A stretch of DNA of 64,000 bases from Octopus sinensis (GCF_006345805.1 NC_042999.1:146506001-146570000), one strand, 5' to 3'. Numbered from the stretch's first letter, positions 41,919-56,200 are shown. The notes: generated by a model from the sequence alone, not told the origin. A program made the numbers and translations.

Positions 41919-42533
41919 ATGAAAGCAATTGAACGCTGGGGACGATCTAATCGACTTACTCCCTTCCCTGAACTTGCTGGCCTTCAGCCGAAATTTGAAA
42001 CCAATATTTTAAAAGTATTTTGTTTTAATGATGTCTGAAAGATGGAAAGCAAAGTTAACCTCGGCAGAATTTGAACTCAGAACGTAAAGAGTCAGAAGAA
42101 ATGCTACTAAGCGTTATGCCTGGCAGTCTATTGATCCTTCCAATCCACTGTCGCTGGCGATGATGATGATTTTAGACAAAAGTCCAACTTTTTTAAAGGG
42201 GTCGGCGTTAATCCAATACATTGACCACAAGACTTTAATGGTGCTTCATTTTATCAACCCAAAAGAATGAAATGTTACTCTACGAGATTTGAACTCACTC
42301 AAAGCATAAAGAGCTGGAACAAATGCCGCAAAGCATTTCTTCCGACGCTTTAACTATCTGTCGTCTGCCAGTCCGCCTAAAATTTAGCGGGAAAGATAAA
42401 ATCCAAAATTTCTCATTGGGGTGTGACGAGGGTCTATAACAGTGTTTCTCACCCACTTTTTTTCCTATGGACCCGTTTGATTCCTATTTTATTTGGATGG
42501 ACTAACATAGACACACACGCACACACACACACG

Positions 42534-42579
<46 letters not shown>

Positions 42580-42586
<7 letters not shown>

Positions 42587-42745
42587 TGGGTTTCTACACA
42601 GTTTCCGTCTACCAAATTAACTCATATTAGTCGATGCAGGGCCGCAGGGTTGTAGTAGAAAACACTTTCGCAAGGTGCCACGCACTGGGACTGAAACCGA
42701 GACCACATGACTGCAACATGAGCTTCTTAATCATTCAGCCTTACT
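42580..42745 (-). mobile_element. SINE family A 5' half
   Basis: Consensus match. Confidence 0.65.
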
Positions 42746-42755
42746 TGCATACATG

Positions 42756-42809
<54 letters not shown>

Positions 42810-42810
<1 letters not shown>

Positions 42811-43179
42811 GAGCAAAACGCCCCCCCCCCGTCCAATGGACGGTGCTGAGTTGTCAAACATTTAAACCAAATTTTCTCAAAACAACTTATCCGACTGTCC
42901 CATAAGCCTCCCCTTTGAGAAACACTGATTTAACCTAAATTTGAGACACCAGCAAAAGACGGATTTCGACTGATGTACTTGCGCGTACAAATGCACGTTC
43001 CCACGGCTTTATCGATCGCATTCTCACCTGGAATCGATTTTTGTAATTTTTTTCAAAACTAATACACGCCCTGATACCGTCGGTATCTACATATAAAATT
43101 TGAGCGCAATCGGATGGAGGATACCCGAGATCCTAGAAGACACACAGACAGACAGACAGAACGGATTTTATATAATAGA
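42810..43179 (-). mobile_element. Non-autonomous Helitron-like element ending in CTCG
   Basis: Reverse strand A|TCtattatataaaatccg start; CCGTCC-att-GGACGG hairpin then CTCG|T. Confidence 0.75.
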
Positions 43180-43199
43180 TACACACACACACACACATT

Positions 43200-44610
43200 C
43201 GCTTCAATCCAACAAGTCCTGACAGCGTCCTCAAACAAGGCAGCCCAGAGTTAGTTCTTTATTTTCACTAACCTCTTCCGTCTTTCTTCAGGCATATTGT
43301 TTCGAAACACATTACACTGGTTCCGGTTTCTAATTAAGTTCAACCCTTTTTTATCCTGCCCGCTACCGTCCAATCGCTGTCATTTCCAACATCATAAAGG
43401 TGAAACCACCAGGACGGTTTTCATAAAGCTAGATCTACTGGAGATCTCTTCTCAGCTGACTTGAAGAAATTTAATAAAATCTGTTGTTGTTTTCGAATAT
43501 CCTGGCAAAACTTCCCGCCTTTAATCTGTCTCTCAGCTCACAAATAAATGTCTTCCTGTCATATTGTATTTTTGCGGCTTCTGCTAATGGACTTCTCTCT
43601 GATGACCACAGTCAACTCTGGTGTGTGTGTGGAAGAACGTGATGTATACATCGAGCCCTCACCGCTTCCACACATACACATCACGTTCTTCCTCTCTTAT
43701 ATGTCAACTGACGTCATTTCCAGCACAGGTAGTACCACCTTTCATTTCTCCCTAACATTTCACGCCCAAGTGTCGTCTTCACGCAACCATTACATTCCGT
43801 GCTAAATCTACGCAGACTTAATAAACAGGGATCTCAAAACCCTCTTCCGATGATTTAATGTTAATCTTGTCTCCCTTAGCATCAAAAGATAATCACTGCA
43901 CACATCAAGAAAAATATTATCGCACCCACATATCACACATGGAGAAAACAACCATCGCACCCCACCAACATGATCATCACGTAAACAGACCCCTCTACGA
44001 TTGCTTTATATGCTGGGCCTTATAATCACTCAGGTTGTCTTCTAACGAACAAACCCTATCAAAATAGCAATCACTGCATTTCTAACGCTAGTTCTACAGT
44101 TCAGAGCCACGAAATACTTGATCTACCAACAACTGCTAATGTTCTACAAAGCTCAAGTGAGACTCACGAAGGAGTACACCGATTTCCACAACTCGGACGG
44201 CGTTGCTTGTCCGAACTATGACATCCTATAACGCATCTAGAGAAAGTCCCCGAGGCTAACTGACATAAACTCGTTCACAAACGCACACCAACATCATACT
44301 GTCTTCTCTTCTTGACTGTTCTACAGATAACTTAGTACCCTTTGCTCCTCGGAACTAGCTCATCTTATACTTATCTTGACCCAGGCAATCTCAATTTACT
44401 CATATCTCCTTTTTCCGCCACATATAGTGTACACCACCATTCGGTAAAAGCCGTCGTTGCTTTCGACATCAGAAAAGCTTTCGGTCGTGTTTGGTACGCG
44501 AATACACCTCGGCAAAACTTCCCCACCTATGATCTCTATATATTTCTCTTGTTGTCTTTGTGTCATATCGTACGATTGCGTCACTAACTTCGACATCCAG
44601 TCCGTTCTTC
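43200..44610 (+). pseudogene. Highly degraded LINE ORF2 (APE and RT remnants)
   Basis: AVVAFDIRKAFGRVWY (about 44448-44497) resembles the RT motif LDISKAFDRVWH; NSGVCV upstream resembles an APE motif; many stops. Confidence 0.55.
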
Positions 44611-44614
44611 TTCA

Positions 44615-44734
44615 CAGTAGCGTAGCTGGAGTGGGGTCGAAGGTGGAGGTCCGCTACGGACGACATTTTTATAGAGGCGGAGGTAGCAAACACAAAAACT
44701 TCTGTGGGTGACATACCCTTAAGCTACGCTACTT
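44615..44734. mobile_element. hAT-type MITE (same TIR as 14924-15107)
   Basis: cagtagcgtagct ... agctacgctact(t); flanks cttcttca / cttcctct (6 of 8 match). Confidence 0.6.
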
Positions 44735-45249
44735 CTTCCTCTAGAACAGATTTTTGGGGGCCCATGAAATCAAAATAGTAACTTGGGGATCCATGGTAGC
44801 ATTTTAGAGGTCGATGAAAATTAAATTGTGCTTAAGCTTTTATTGTATTTATTGGAAGAAACAACTTAGTTTCTTTACCAGCGAATGGGCGAAAAACAAA
44901 ATAGAATTGTGAAAGCATCTTTGAAACTAGTTTTTAAACATAGAATGACTTTGGGATTCACCAGAATAAAATGGTAATCAAAAGGGTCCTAGGTTTAAAA
45001 AATGATTAAGAGCAGCTCTTAGAGTATTTCTTGCTGGTCATGGTTCTTCCCTGTAGCTTTTGACTTGCAATCCGTTTAAAACCAAATGTTAACGTTATCA
45101 GTCACATAAAGTCTGAGAGAACTTCCTTCAGATCAACCCAATAAAACGAAAAATATATAACCTGAATGATTGTACAAATGGTATGGATACTATATTTTCC
45201 AAAAGAAAAATAGTTTTGCGCATGTGCAGAAGTACACGCAGTAATCTTT

Positions 45250-45469
45250 TATTTGTTTTAGTCATTGGGCTGCGGCCATGCTGCAGCACTTCTTTCAAGA
45301 ATTTTTAGTCGAATGAATCTGCCCGTGTACTTGCTTTTCTTTTTTGAAACCTGATACTTTCTTTCTATCGGTCACTTTTGCCAAACCGCTAACTTACAGG
45401 GACGTAAACACACCAATACCGGTTGTCAAGCGAGGGGAGCAGATATGAAGACGCACGCACACACATACA

Positions 45470-45524
<55 letters not shown>

Positions 45525-45680
45525 GACGGGCTTCTTTCAGTTTCCGTCCACCAAATCTACTCACAAAGCTTTGGTCAGCTCGAGGCTACAGTAGAAGACA
45601 TTTGCCCAAAGTGTCATGCAGTGAGACTGAACCCAGAACCATGTGGTTAACAAGAAAGCTTCTTGCCACACAACCACAGA
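45250..45680 (-). mobile_element. SINE family A
   Basis: Consensus match with internal (TA)n. Confidence 0.8.
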
Positions 45681-47122
45681 AATTCACAACAATTTATGAT
45701 ACGTATTATTGGTTAGGGGTTCGTTCAGGGCTTATGGCGAGGAATAAATTAAGGTTTAAGGTTAGAGCTGCGTTTAAAGTTATGGTCAATGTTAAGTTTA
45801 GGTTTGGGGTCGAGTATAGAGTATGGGATTAAGGTTTAGAGTGGCGATTCGCAATCGCAGTTCCCAAGCCTGCATGCAGCCCTCAAAACCCTTCCGGCGG
45901 CCCCCAGCAGTCTTCCTTGCTTAAATATAAATTTTTCTCTAATTGACTGGTGTTTTACTTTTTTGGTGCAGCCCCCTAGAAAAATGCAGGTTTGGGTTTG
46001 ACCTAGATATTAAAAAGGTTGAAAATATCTGGTTTTGAGTTTAGGGCAAAGACTTAAAGGATGGGATGGTCACGCTTGGCAAACATTGGTCATGTTGAAA
46101 AAAAATTCATTTGCGCATGTGTCATATATTTAGCGCATGCGCCCCCAAGAAATCAATCGGATTGTTTATTTTTTGTTTCGATTTTTCCTTTTATTTTTTT
46201 TAGCTTGTTGTTGTTTTACGTATTTCAGATCTTTTGTGTATGACATACCTCCAATTAATTGTAGAGTGTACACCGAAATCTTATAGATGGAACTAGTTTG
46301 TTACAGAGATATTATAGAATTAATTCGATAAGTAATAATTTTGTCTAAGTGATAGATTTCTTTTTCCTTCCTTTTTCCTTCTTCGTATGTTTTCTTCTTT
46401 TTCTTCCTGTTTTTACATCATCTATTACAATAATTCTAACTCGGTATCCATTTGTAAACAATATAGTTGTAAAAACAAAACGTAAAACGCATTAAATATG
46501 AATATAAAATCAGTAAAGACTGGTTAAATCGAGCCACAATAATAAAAGCAGACTGATAGGCAAGCATTTTACAGACACATGGGAACGTTTGCATAATTCG
46601 TAATGCGAGCGAGGAAGCACTTGTAGACAACATAACTGCATCAGCAGCAACGGCAGTAGCAGTAGTGATGGTAACAACAGCAACAACAGTTCGTAACTGT
46701 AGTAGTAGAAGTAGTAGTTGTAGTCAGGTAAAGCGCATGCATGTGTTATGCGTAGTGTGTGTGAATATATATGTATATGTGTGTGTGTATGTACATATGT
46801 AATATGTGAGTGAAGGTATATATAAACGATGGTTGAGTTCTTTCAAATATTACATAATCACGAAGTGATAGCATGTCTGAGTATGAAGTGTGACGTTCGT
46901 GTTTTTCCTTGTAGGGTAAATAAAAGACATTTAAAGCAACAAACGTTAGAATAGCGGATTCGATTGGAAACAAAAAGTGAATTAGATTTGCCGGGAGAAG
47001 GAAAGATAGATGTATTTCCCCCAATATTAAAAATACGAGAATACAAATGCTGTGAACACAGAGATGGAAAGGAAAACTGGGCTATGTAACGCCTTACAAA
47101 CTTTCTTCATAGATTTTTACAA

Positions 47123-47124
<2 letters not shown>

Positions 47125-47185
<61 letters not shown>

Positions 47186-47195
47186 AATAAATAAA
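47125..47195. repeat. (AAT)n/(AAAT)n microsatellite
   Basis: Direct reading. Confidence 0.95.
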
Positions 47196-47399
47196 AATTA
47201 TTTATTATCGAAAGAAAATCGAAACGATGACGGTCTCGTTTCGCCGGGGAAATTCCCTCGTTATCTCAGAACGCTTTCATCTAACAAAAAGAATAAAAGA
47301 GAAATAAATAAATAAATTTCTAACATTAGTCACGTTGGTCTTGACTGATGAAATAATAAAGATTACGTTTTTGTTGTAACCTAAGAACAGCGCTCCACA

Positions 47400-47790
47400 A
47401 TATGGATGGAAACACTCCGTCGGTTACGACGACGTGGGTTCCGGTTGATCCGATCAACGGAACAGCCTGCTCGTGAAATTAACGTGTAAGTGGCTGAGCA
47501 CTCCACAGACACGTGTACCCTTAACGTAGTTTTCGGTGATATTCAGCGTGACACAGAGAGTGACAAGGCCGGCCCTTTGAAATACAGGTACAACAGAAAC
47601 AGGAAGTAAGAGTGAGAGAAAGTTGTGGTGAAAGAGTACAGCAGGGATCACCACCATCCCTGCCGGAGCCTCGTAGAGCTTTAGGTGTTTTCGCTCAATA
47701 AACACTCACAACGCCCGGTCTGGGAATCGAAACCGCGATCTTATGACCGCGAGTCCGCTGCCCTAACCACTGGGCCATTGCGCCTCCACA
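47400..47790 (-). mobile_element. SINE family C with tail type c
   Basis: Head 47610-47790 shared with 9760-9940; different 3' portion 47400-47608. Confidence 0.75.
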
Positions 47791-48769
47791 CTCCACAATA
47801 TACATGTTATATGAAGGGAGATTTCTTTTTCTTTCTTTTTTCTTTCTTTTTTTCTTCCTTTTCCTTCCTATTTTTTACATTATCTATTACAATAATACTA
47901 CTTATGCACCACTTAGGTAGGTTTGTGTTGATATTCACTCGTTTAAGGAAAATTGGGCTTCAACCGGTATCCGAAATTTTACACTTCAGGGCCCACATGT
48001 TCATAGGGAGTATAAAGATACAGCAGACTGAATAGACACTAGTACTCACACAGTACTTATTTAGTTGACACGCACTATATTAATTGTTACCTACATGTTT
48101 ACTCGAACCGCAAAAAAACAACAAACCGGGTTTTTCTTAAATCATAAACTGCTTTGAGAAAAGAAAGAAAAACTTAAAATGAATGGTAACTTCAAATGAG
48201 ATGTCTTTCATTTATAAAGAAGAAAAATTTGTAAGCGTCCGCAATCAGATTTCTTTTTGTCACTGGATTTTTGGCTTTTTGTACTCTTGTAACATGAAGG
48301 GCAGGGCACCCGGCGAATCGAGTCCACAACCCGGTTTTGCTTTGCTAGTGAAATTCATTCTCAAAGCTATCTTAGCGTTGTTTTTATGTCCGTCATGCTC
48401 CATTGAAGAGGAATATAAAACGCTGTATTTATTAGCGAAACCGTTTTCATTACTTCGTGATAATGTAATATGCAGAAAAGTACATTTTATTTATCTTGAT
48501 CAGTGCAAGTCTGGACAAAGAAGAACACGGAGGAGGAGGACATGAGATAAAGCCGTCTCTGATGAGATTTCCAACGACACTATAGAGATGGGGTCTAAAC
48601 TATGGTCTGATCTAAACCCCAGGTGAGCCCTGATCAAGCAGACCATCCATGAGAAACACAATCTCAGTTCCCGTCAAGGCCACATAATGTTGATCGTGTT
48701 TAGCCTCCTAGTCGGCTCTGGAGGAACGGACCGACGATCAAAGGCATTTCGGCGATGACCATCTCGTCA

Positions 48770-48922
48770 TTTCTTCTTCTTCTTCTTCTTCTTCTTCTTC
48801 TTCTTCTTCTTCTTCTTCTTCTTCTTTTTCTTTTTCTTTTTCTTTTTCTTTTTCTTTTTCTTCTTCTTCTTCTTCTTCTTCTTCTTCTTCTTCTTCTTCT
48901 TCTTCTTCTTCTTCTTCTTCTG
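48770..48922. repeat. (CTT)n / (CTTTTT)n microsatellite
   Basis: Direct reading. Confidence 0.95.
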
Positions 48923-50317
48923 TTTGTCTTACATAGTATACAACTATATTACCTTAACAGTAGGTAGGGTGTGGTTTAAGGGAGAGATTTAACTGCTGTT
49001 TCTACCAAGAAGAGCGACCACACATTTATAGTCTCCAACGTTGGTTTCAGGATTCTGGATTCATAATGGTCTCTTAGATTGGCGGCACAAGGCAACACAT
49101 TGATAAACGAGGAGAATAACCGACCACTGCTTTCATAGATTATCAATAATCATAAATAATTTAATTTCAATACAAAACAGATCTTTTATGAAGTTAGGGA
49201 TGCATTCCTAAAGAAACAAAACCCCAACGCGGAATTTGTGTCCTTATTGATATCGTTTCACTTTATTTATATTTACATTGCTAATCACCCTCAGAAATGC
49301 ATGAATACCATAAAATTTCCCTACGGTATTCACGCCCGATACGAATAAACAGATATTAGCAGGATATAGAAACCAATCATCAGACTACCAAATTTATTTT
49401 TTAGATAAGTAACAGAAAAAGACTAAGCTTCTATCTATTGAAAGCTTGATAAATGTTATTCCTTTAGAAAGTGAAAAAAAAAAAAAAATGTCATATATAT
49501 ATGTGTGTGTATATGTGTGTGCGTGTATGTGTGGTGTGTCAGAATTTTTGTTAGTCTTGGACCTGTGTTTTTGCTATCATGCTTTTAAAAAATAAAGCGT
49601 AAGCTTGTTGTATGTATAATGTACATATTACAGTTATGTGAAGATATGTTTTTCTCGCGAAATGAACGGTGACTTAATGCTTAAGAAATATCATTATTTA
49701 TTTAGTATTCCTTCGGTTACGGTTTACGAAACTGTTAAATGTATGACGCGCGTGTGTGTGTCTGATGCGTGTTGTGTGTTTTGTAATATTTCTTAAGTCA
49801 TTCATTCGCATTCGCCGGCTGTTTGTTTTCGGTTTGCTCTCAAAAAACTTAATGACTACGCAAAGCAAAATTCGTCGAAGACGAAAAGAAGAATAAAAAG
49901 TATTTTTTTTTTTTAAATAACAAAAAGGACTGCAATTAAAAATAAAATAATTAAAATCAAAAGCAATGAATGGAAATTTAACTCACGGTATTGAGAAGTC
50001 ACCGGTACGTTTTGTACTCCGATGGAACAGGTAAGAAAATAAGAAAGAAACGGAGCAAGTCTATGTTATACGCTTGGCTTCTTAAATTTTTTTCATGTTC
50101 CAAATCTTCTGTTCGGTTCCTTCTTCTCTATTACAGTTATCATTCCATTAATTATTTATTTTCATTTGCTTTTCATATTCCAAGTGGAAAGTCGGGTTTT
50201 TTTTTTTTAGTATGGGTTCTACTTTCAGTATTTCATATTTGCTCATGTGCGTGTTTGTTAAGAGTACAGGGATTCACTCGACTTTCTTTCTATATATAAA
50301 TAATATACACGTTTGTA

Positions 50318-50397
<80 letters not shown>

Positions 50398-50650
50398 TAG
50401 ATATATAGAGAGATAGATAGATAGATAGATGTATATATATTTGAGTGTTTGTGTGTGTGTGTGAGTAGGGCTATGTAATAATTAGTGATTATCTTTTGTG
50501 TAATAAATATATATATATATATATCGTTTTCAGTCGTTCTTTCGTCATATATTAATTTCGCTGCCTGCCACACGATCTAGTCACTTAACCCTCTCTCTGT
50601 CTCTATCTCTTTCCCTCTCTTTCTATTTCCTCCCATATTTGTCTCTCTTT

Positions 50651-50654
<4 letters not shown>

Positions 50655-50740
<86 letters not shown>
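50655..50740. repeat. (CT)n microsatellite
   Basis: Direct reading. Confidence 0.95.
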
Positions 50741-50741
<1 letters not shown>

Positions 50742-50840
50742 GCATGTAGTTAGTAGTGAATGATTTAATTTACTCAAGCGTTAGCAGCATATTATTGGTA
50801 CTACATAAAACCAAACGCTGCTTTCATTGGTTTGTTATAG

Positions 50841-50872
<32 letters not shown>

Positions 50873-51134
50873 ACACACACACACACACATTTCTCACCAC
50901 CTATCCCCTTCTCTGCTTCTTTCTCTCCCCTTTTCCCTCTCTCTTTGTCTCTCTCTCTCTCAGGCGGGCATTATAAAATATCTCTTGCCGGCTTTTCCCC
51001 CTCATATTATTATTATTTTCGTTTTTGTTTTTCAATGCACAACGACGTCGTTATCATCCCATCCCAATTGGATGACACCGCATCACATGCATAGTGAACA
51101 TCGGAATGAATAACTTAATCACACATACTATATT

Positions 51135-51490
51135 ATTTATAACTACTACTACTACTACTACTACCATCGTCGTTTCTCACCACAAACATTTTTTTGGATG
51201 CCTCCGTCGTCTTCGCAACAATTATCATCATCATCATCCTCAGCATCATCATCATCATCATCATCATCATCACCCTCATTATCATCACATCACCATCATC
51301 ATCATCATCCTCATCATCACCATTATTATCCTCATCATCCGCATCATCCTTCTCCTCCTCCTCCTCCTCCTCATCATCATCATCATCTTTACGACCATTA
51401 TCATTGCCACTATACTCATCACTTAATCTCTTCACGCTCCTCTGCCTCTTCCTCCTCCTCATCATCCTAATCATCATCATCATCTGTCAT
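51135..51490. repeat. (ACT)/(CAT)/(CCT) low-complexity tract
   Basis: Direct reading. Confidence 0.95.
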
Positions 51491-51909
51491 TTGCTTTAAC
51501 ATTAACGACCCAATGTGAGAGCCCCTCTAAGACTACTTGATTTACAAGAAAAAGCAGCCAAATCGTCATCGAATCACAACTCAAAATATACTTTACCTGA
51601 AAAAAGAAAAAGCAGAATGGATGGTTATGGTTGGAACGTCTTTGATCAGAGGTACGCTGGATCATGGCTGACCTGGAATGAAACAACAATGAAATGACTG
51701 AAATAAGTAAAAGACAAAATAGGAAATATCTTCTTCATCAGTAAGGTAGATTGGCAGAAGCGTTAGAGCATCAGACAAAATACAGTGCAGTTCCGGCTCT
51801 TTATGTTCTGAGTTCAAATCCCACCAAGTTCTTCGGAGGTCGATGAAAATAAAGTACCAATCAAATATTGGAGATTCATATGGCTTTGTGCTTACGTCAG
51901 GAATAAATT

Positions 51910-52240
51910 ATCATCATCATCATCAATGCCACCTTCACAGTATCGACCAGGCCATCAGATACAGTTGTACATCGCTGGTCACAATGCGCTTCCAATTTTG
52001 TCTTGATTGCGACATTCTTTTCCATGTTGACCAAAATTGCTTAACCAGATCGTCTTCCTATCGTCGAGTAGGCCTTCCAAGTGGTCATTTCCGATCTCAT
52101 GGTTACCAAACAGTAATTGCATGGGTCCACCTGTTACCTGCAGACCTTGCGACTTGTCCGGCCCAACGGAACTTGTGCTTTTGGTACTCTGCGCTCACAT
52201 CATTCATTCTCGAACTGTCTCGTTTCGAAAGTGCTCTTTT
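51910..52240 (-). pseudogene. RTE-clade LINE 3' end fragment
   Basis: Minus translation HKFRWAGQVARSAGNRWTHAITVW*P*DRK*PLGRPTRR*EDDLVKQFWSTWKRMSQSRQNWKRI, a typical RTE ORF C-terminus, followed by 3' UTR and (GAT)n tail. Confidence 0.85.
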
Positions 52241-52264
52241 AATGATAATCACTATCATTATTTT

Positions 52265-52557
52265 ATTATTTATGCGCCCTTTTCAAGCCTAGTCGGGCTC
52301 ATGGGCCCGGTTCCCTGGTTTCTGTGGCGTATGTGTTCCCCCCAGCTGGATGGGACGCCAGTTCATCACAGCGTTACTCAAAAAACAGGAATAAAGAGTG
52401 AGAGAAAGTTGAGGTGAAAGAGTACAGCGGGGTCACCACCACCCCTTGCCGGAGCCTCGTGGAGCTTTTAGGTGTTTTCGCTCAATAAACACACACAACG
52501 CCCGGTCTGGGAATCGAAACTGCGATCCTCTAGCCGCGAGTCCGCTGCCCTAACCAT
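52265..52557 (-). mobile_element. SINE family C with tail type d
   Basis: Family C head and body (52390-52557) joined to the tail seen at 9024-9140. Confidence 0.8.
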
Positions 52558-53298
52558 CATACTGGTCAAAATTAATCGTCGTCGTCATTGTCCTCCTTCC
52601 CCAACGTCATCACCAACCAGGTAACCCTAATGTGGTTGCTCGACCAGCTAGAAACAGCAACCGAAATCTGTCTCAAATCACATCTTAATGTCGTAAATAT
52701 GGGATACTTTGAATTATGCAATCTTTGAACACCATACCTATCCGCTCTCCAACGCCCTAACAATACTTGATAATCACGACCAGAACGATTTTGATGATTG
52801 GTCTGCTCAGTCATGGCTCAGCTGAGGCTTAACAACAACAACAACAACAGCTTCAACAGTGTCGTTGTCACCGTAGTCGTTACCGTAGTCGTTACCGCTG
52901 ACGTTGATGTCGACGTTGTTGTGGCAGTAGTCACCACCACCAGCAAAAGTCACATGGTCTTCATCAGATGGGTGACTTTCGTGGTATTATCGTATTAAGT
53001 TAGCTTCGTGTTGTCCCATAATAAACCAACAAAGAGCGTTATTGAAATAACATTTGCATTTCATCGAAGCAAATTACAATATTTATATAGTTACATCACA
53101 GTGTGCACGTAACCTATTGTAGTTTGCTAGAACCGAGCGTAGTTGTAATTTAATAACAAATAAAAGAGCTTAGCTTAGCGTGAGAGGAGGGAATAGTGCT
53201 TGTCCATCCTAGTTAACGAATTCCTTTTAACACGGGGCTGAACTTCAGACCAGAAAACCTTGCTGAGTAAGGTCTTGTTGCTTATGCTTCCAAAGCGA

Positions 53299-56200
53299 AG
53301 GACACGTTGCCTGACTTAATAACCAGGACACGTTGCCTAGCTAAGGCGCGGCCTGGACCTAGTTATTGAAGCTGTGAGGCTTCGATACTAGGTTGGTTGG
53401 TTAAAAACAGAGGACACGTTGCCTAACTTAAGCGTGGCGTGGACCTAGATATTAAAGCAGTGAGGCTTCGATTCTATGAAAGCTGTCAGAATTCGATTCT
53501 ACGATCGTTGTTTAATAACCAGGACACGTTGCCGGACTTTAGCGTAGTCTGGACTTAGTTATTGAAGCTGTGAGGCTTCGATTCTAGGTCGGTTGGTTAA
53601 TAACCAGGACGCGTTGCCCAACTTAAGCGTGCTCTGGACCTAGTTATTAAAGTTGTGAGGCTTCGATTCTAGGTTGGTTGGTTAATAACCAGGACACGTT
53701 GCCTGATTTAAGCGCGGCTTGGACCTAGTTATTAAAGCTGTGAGGTTTCGATTCTAGGCTGGTTGGTTAATAACCAGGACAGTTGCCTTAACTTAAGCGT
53801 GGCCTGGACCTAGTTATTAAAGCTGTGAGGCTTCGATTCAAGGTTGGTTGGTAAATAACCAAGACACGTTGCCTGACTGAAGTGTGGTCTGGGCCTAGTT
53901 ATTAAAGTTATGAGGTTTCGATTCTAGGCTGGTTGGTTAATAACCAGGACACGTTGCCTTAACTTAAGCGTGGCCTGGACCTAGTTATTAAAGCTGTGAG
54001 GCTTCGATTCAAGGTTGGTTGGTAAATAACCAAGACACGTTGCCTGACTGAAGTGTGGTCTGGGCCTAGTTATTAAAGTTATGAGGTTTCGATTCTAGGC
54101 TGGTTGGTTAATAACCAGGACACGTTGCCTGATTGAAGCGTACCCTAGACCTAGTTATTAAAGCTGTGAGGCTTTGATGCTAGGTTGGTTGGTTAATAAC
54201 CAAGAAACGTTGCCTAACGAAAGCGTGTTCTGGACCTAGTTATTAAAGCTGTGAGGCTTCGATTCTAGGTTGGTTGGTTAATAACCAGGACACGTTGCCT
54301 TAACTTAAGCGCGGCCTGGAACTAGTTATTAAAGCTGTGAGGTTTCGATTCTAGGTTGGTTAATAACCAGGACACGTTGCTTAACTTAAGCGTGGTCTGG
54401 ACCTAGTTATTAAAGCTGTGAGGCTTCGGTTCGAGGTTGGTTGGTTAATAACCAGGACACGTTGCCTAACTTCAGCGTGATCTGGACCTAGTTATTAAAG
54501 CTGTGAGGCTTCGGTTCGAGGTTGGTTGGTTAATAACCAGGACACGTTGCCTAACTTCAGCGTGGCTTGGACCTAGTTATTAAAGCTGTGAGGCTTTGAT
54601 TCTAGGTTGGTTGGTTAATAACCAGGACACGTTGCCTGACTTCAGCGTGGCCTGGACCTAGTTATTAAAGCTGTGAGGCGTCGATTCTACGTTGGTTTGT
54701 TAATAACCAGGACGCGTTGCCTAACTTAAGCGTGGTCTGGACATATTTATTAAAGCTGTGAGGCTTCGAGTCTAGGCTGGTTGGTTAATAACCAGGACAC
54801 GTTGCCTGATTTAAGCGTGGTCTGGACCTAGTTATTATAGCTGTGAGGTTTCGATTCTACGTTCGTTGTTTAATAACCAGGACACGTTGTCGGACTTTAG
54901 CGTAGTCTGGACCTAGTTATTAAAGCTGTGAGGCTTCGATTCTAGGTCGGTTGGTTAATAACCAGGACACGTTGCCTAACTTAAGCGTGGTCTGGACCTA
55001 GTTATTAAAGTTGTGAGGCTTCGATTCAACGAAGGTTGTTTAATAACCAGAAGATGTTTCCTGACTTGTGCGTAGTGTGGACCTATTTATTAAAGCTGTG
55101 AGGTTTCGATTCTAGGCTGGTTGGTTAATAACCAGGACACGTTGCCTGATTTAAGCGTACTCTGGACCTAGTTATTAAAGCTGTGAGGCTTTGATACTAG
55201 GTTGGTTGGTTAATAACCAAGAAACGTTGCCTAACGAAAGCGTGGCCTGGACCTAGTTATTAAAGCTGTGAGGCTTCGATTCTAGGTTGGTTGGTTAATA
55301 ACCAGGACACGTTGCCTGATTTAAGCGTACCCTGGACCTAGTTATTAAAGCTGTGAGGCTTTGATACTAGGTTGGTTGGTTAATAACCAAGAAACGTTGA
55401 CTAACGAAAGCGTGGCCTGGACCTAGTTATTAGAGCTATGAGGCTTCGATTTTAGGTTGGTTGGTGAAGAACCAGGACACGTTGCCTGACTTAAGTGTGG
55501 TCTGGGCCTAGTTATTAAAGCTGTGAGGCTTTGATTCTAGGTTGGTTGGTTAATAACCAGGACACGTTGCCTGACTTCAGCGTGGCCTGGACCTAGTTAT
55601 TAAAGCTGTGAGGCGTCGATTCTACGTTGGTTTGTTAATAACCAGGACACGTTGCCTAACTTAAGCGTGGTCTGGACATATTTATTAAAGCTGTGAGGCT
55701 TCGAGTCTAGGCTGGTTGGTTAATAACCAGGACACGTTGCCTGATTTAAGCGTGGTCTGGACCTAGTTATTATAGCTGTGAGGTTTCGATTCTACGTTCG
55801 TTGTTTAATAACCAGGACACGTTGTCGGACTTTAGCGTAGTCTGGACCTAGTTATTAAAGCTGTGAGGCTTCGATTCTAGGTCGGTTGGTTAATAACCAG
55901 GACACGTTGCCTAACTTAAGCGTGGTCTGGACCTAGTTATTAAAGTTGTGAGGCTTCGATTCAACGAAGGTTGTTTAATAACCAGAAGATGTTTCCTGAC
56001 TTGTGCGTAGTGTGGACCTATTTATTAAAGCTGTGAGGTTTCGATTCTAGGCTGGTTGGTTAATAACCAGGACACGTTGCCTGATTTAAGCGTACTCTGG
56101 ACCTAGTTATTAAAGCTGTGAGGCTTTGATACTAGGTTGGTTGGTTAATAACCAAGAAACGTTGCCTAACGAAAGCGTGGCCTGGACCTAGTTATTAAAG

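Noticed and set aside
45700-45840. Interstitial telomere repeat
   Set aside because: Only scattered degenerate ttaggg-like words, no true tandem array
48559-48600. CTGATGA as another hammerhead
   Set aside because: No paired stem II or downstream GAAA core found
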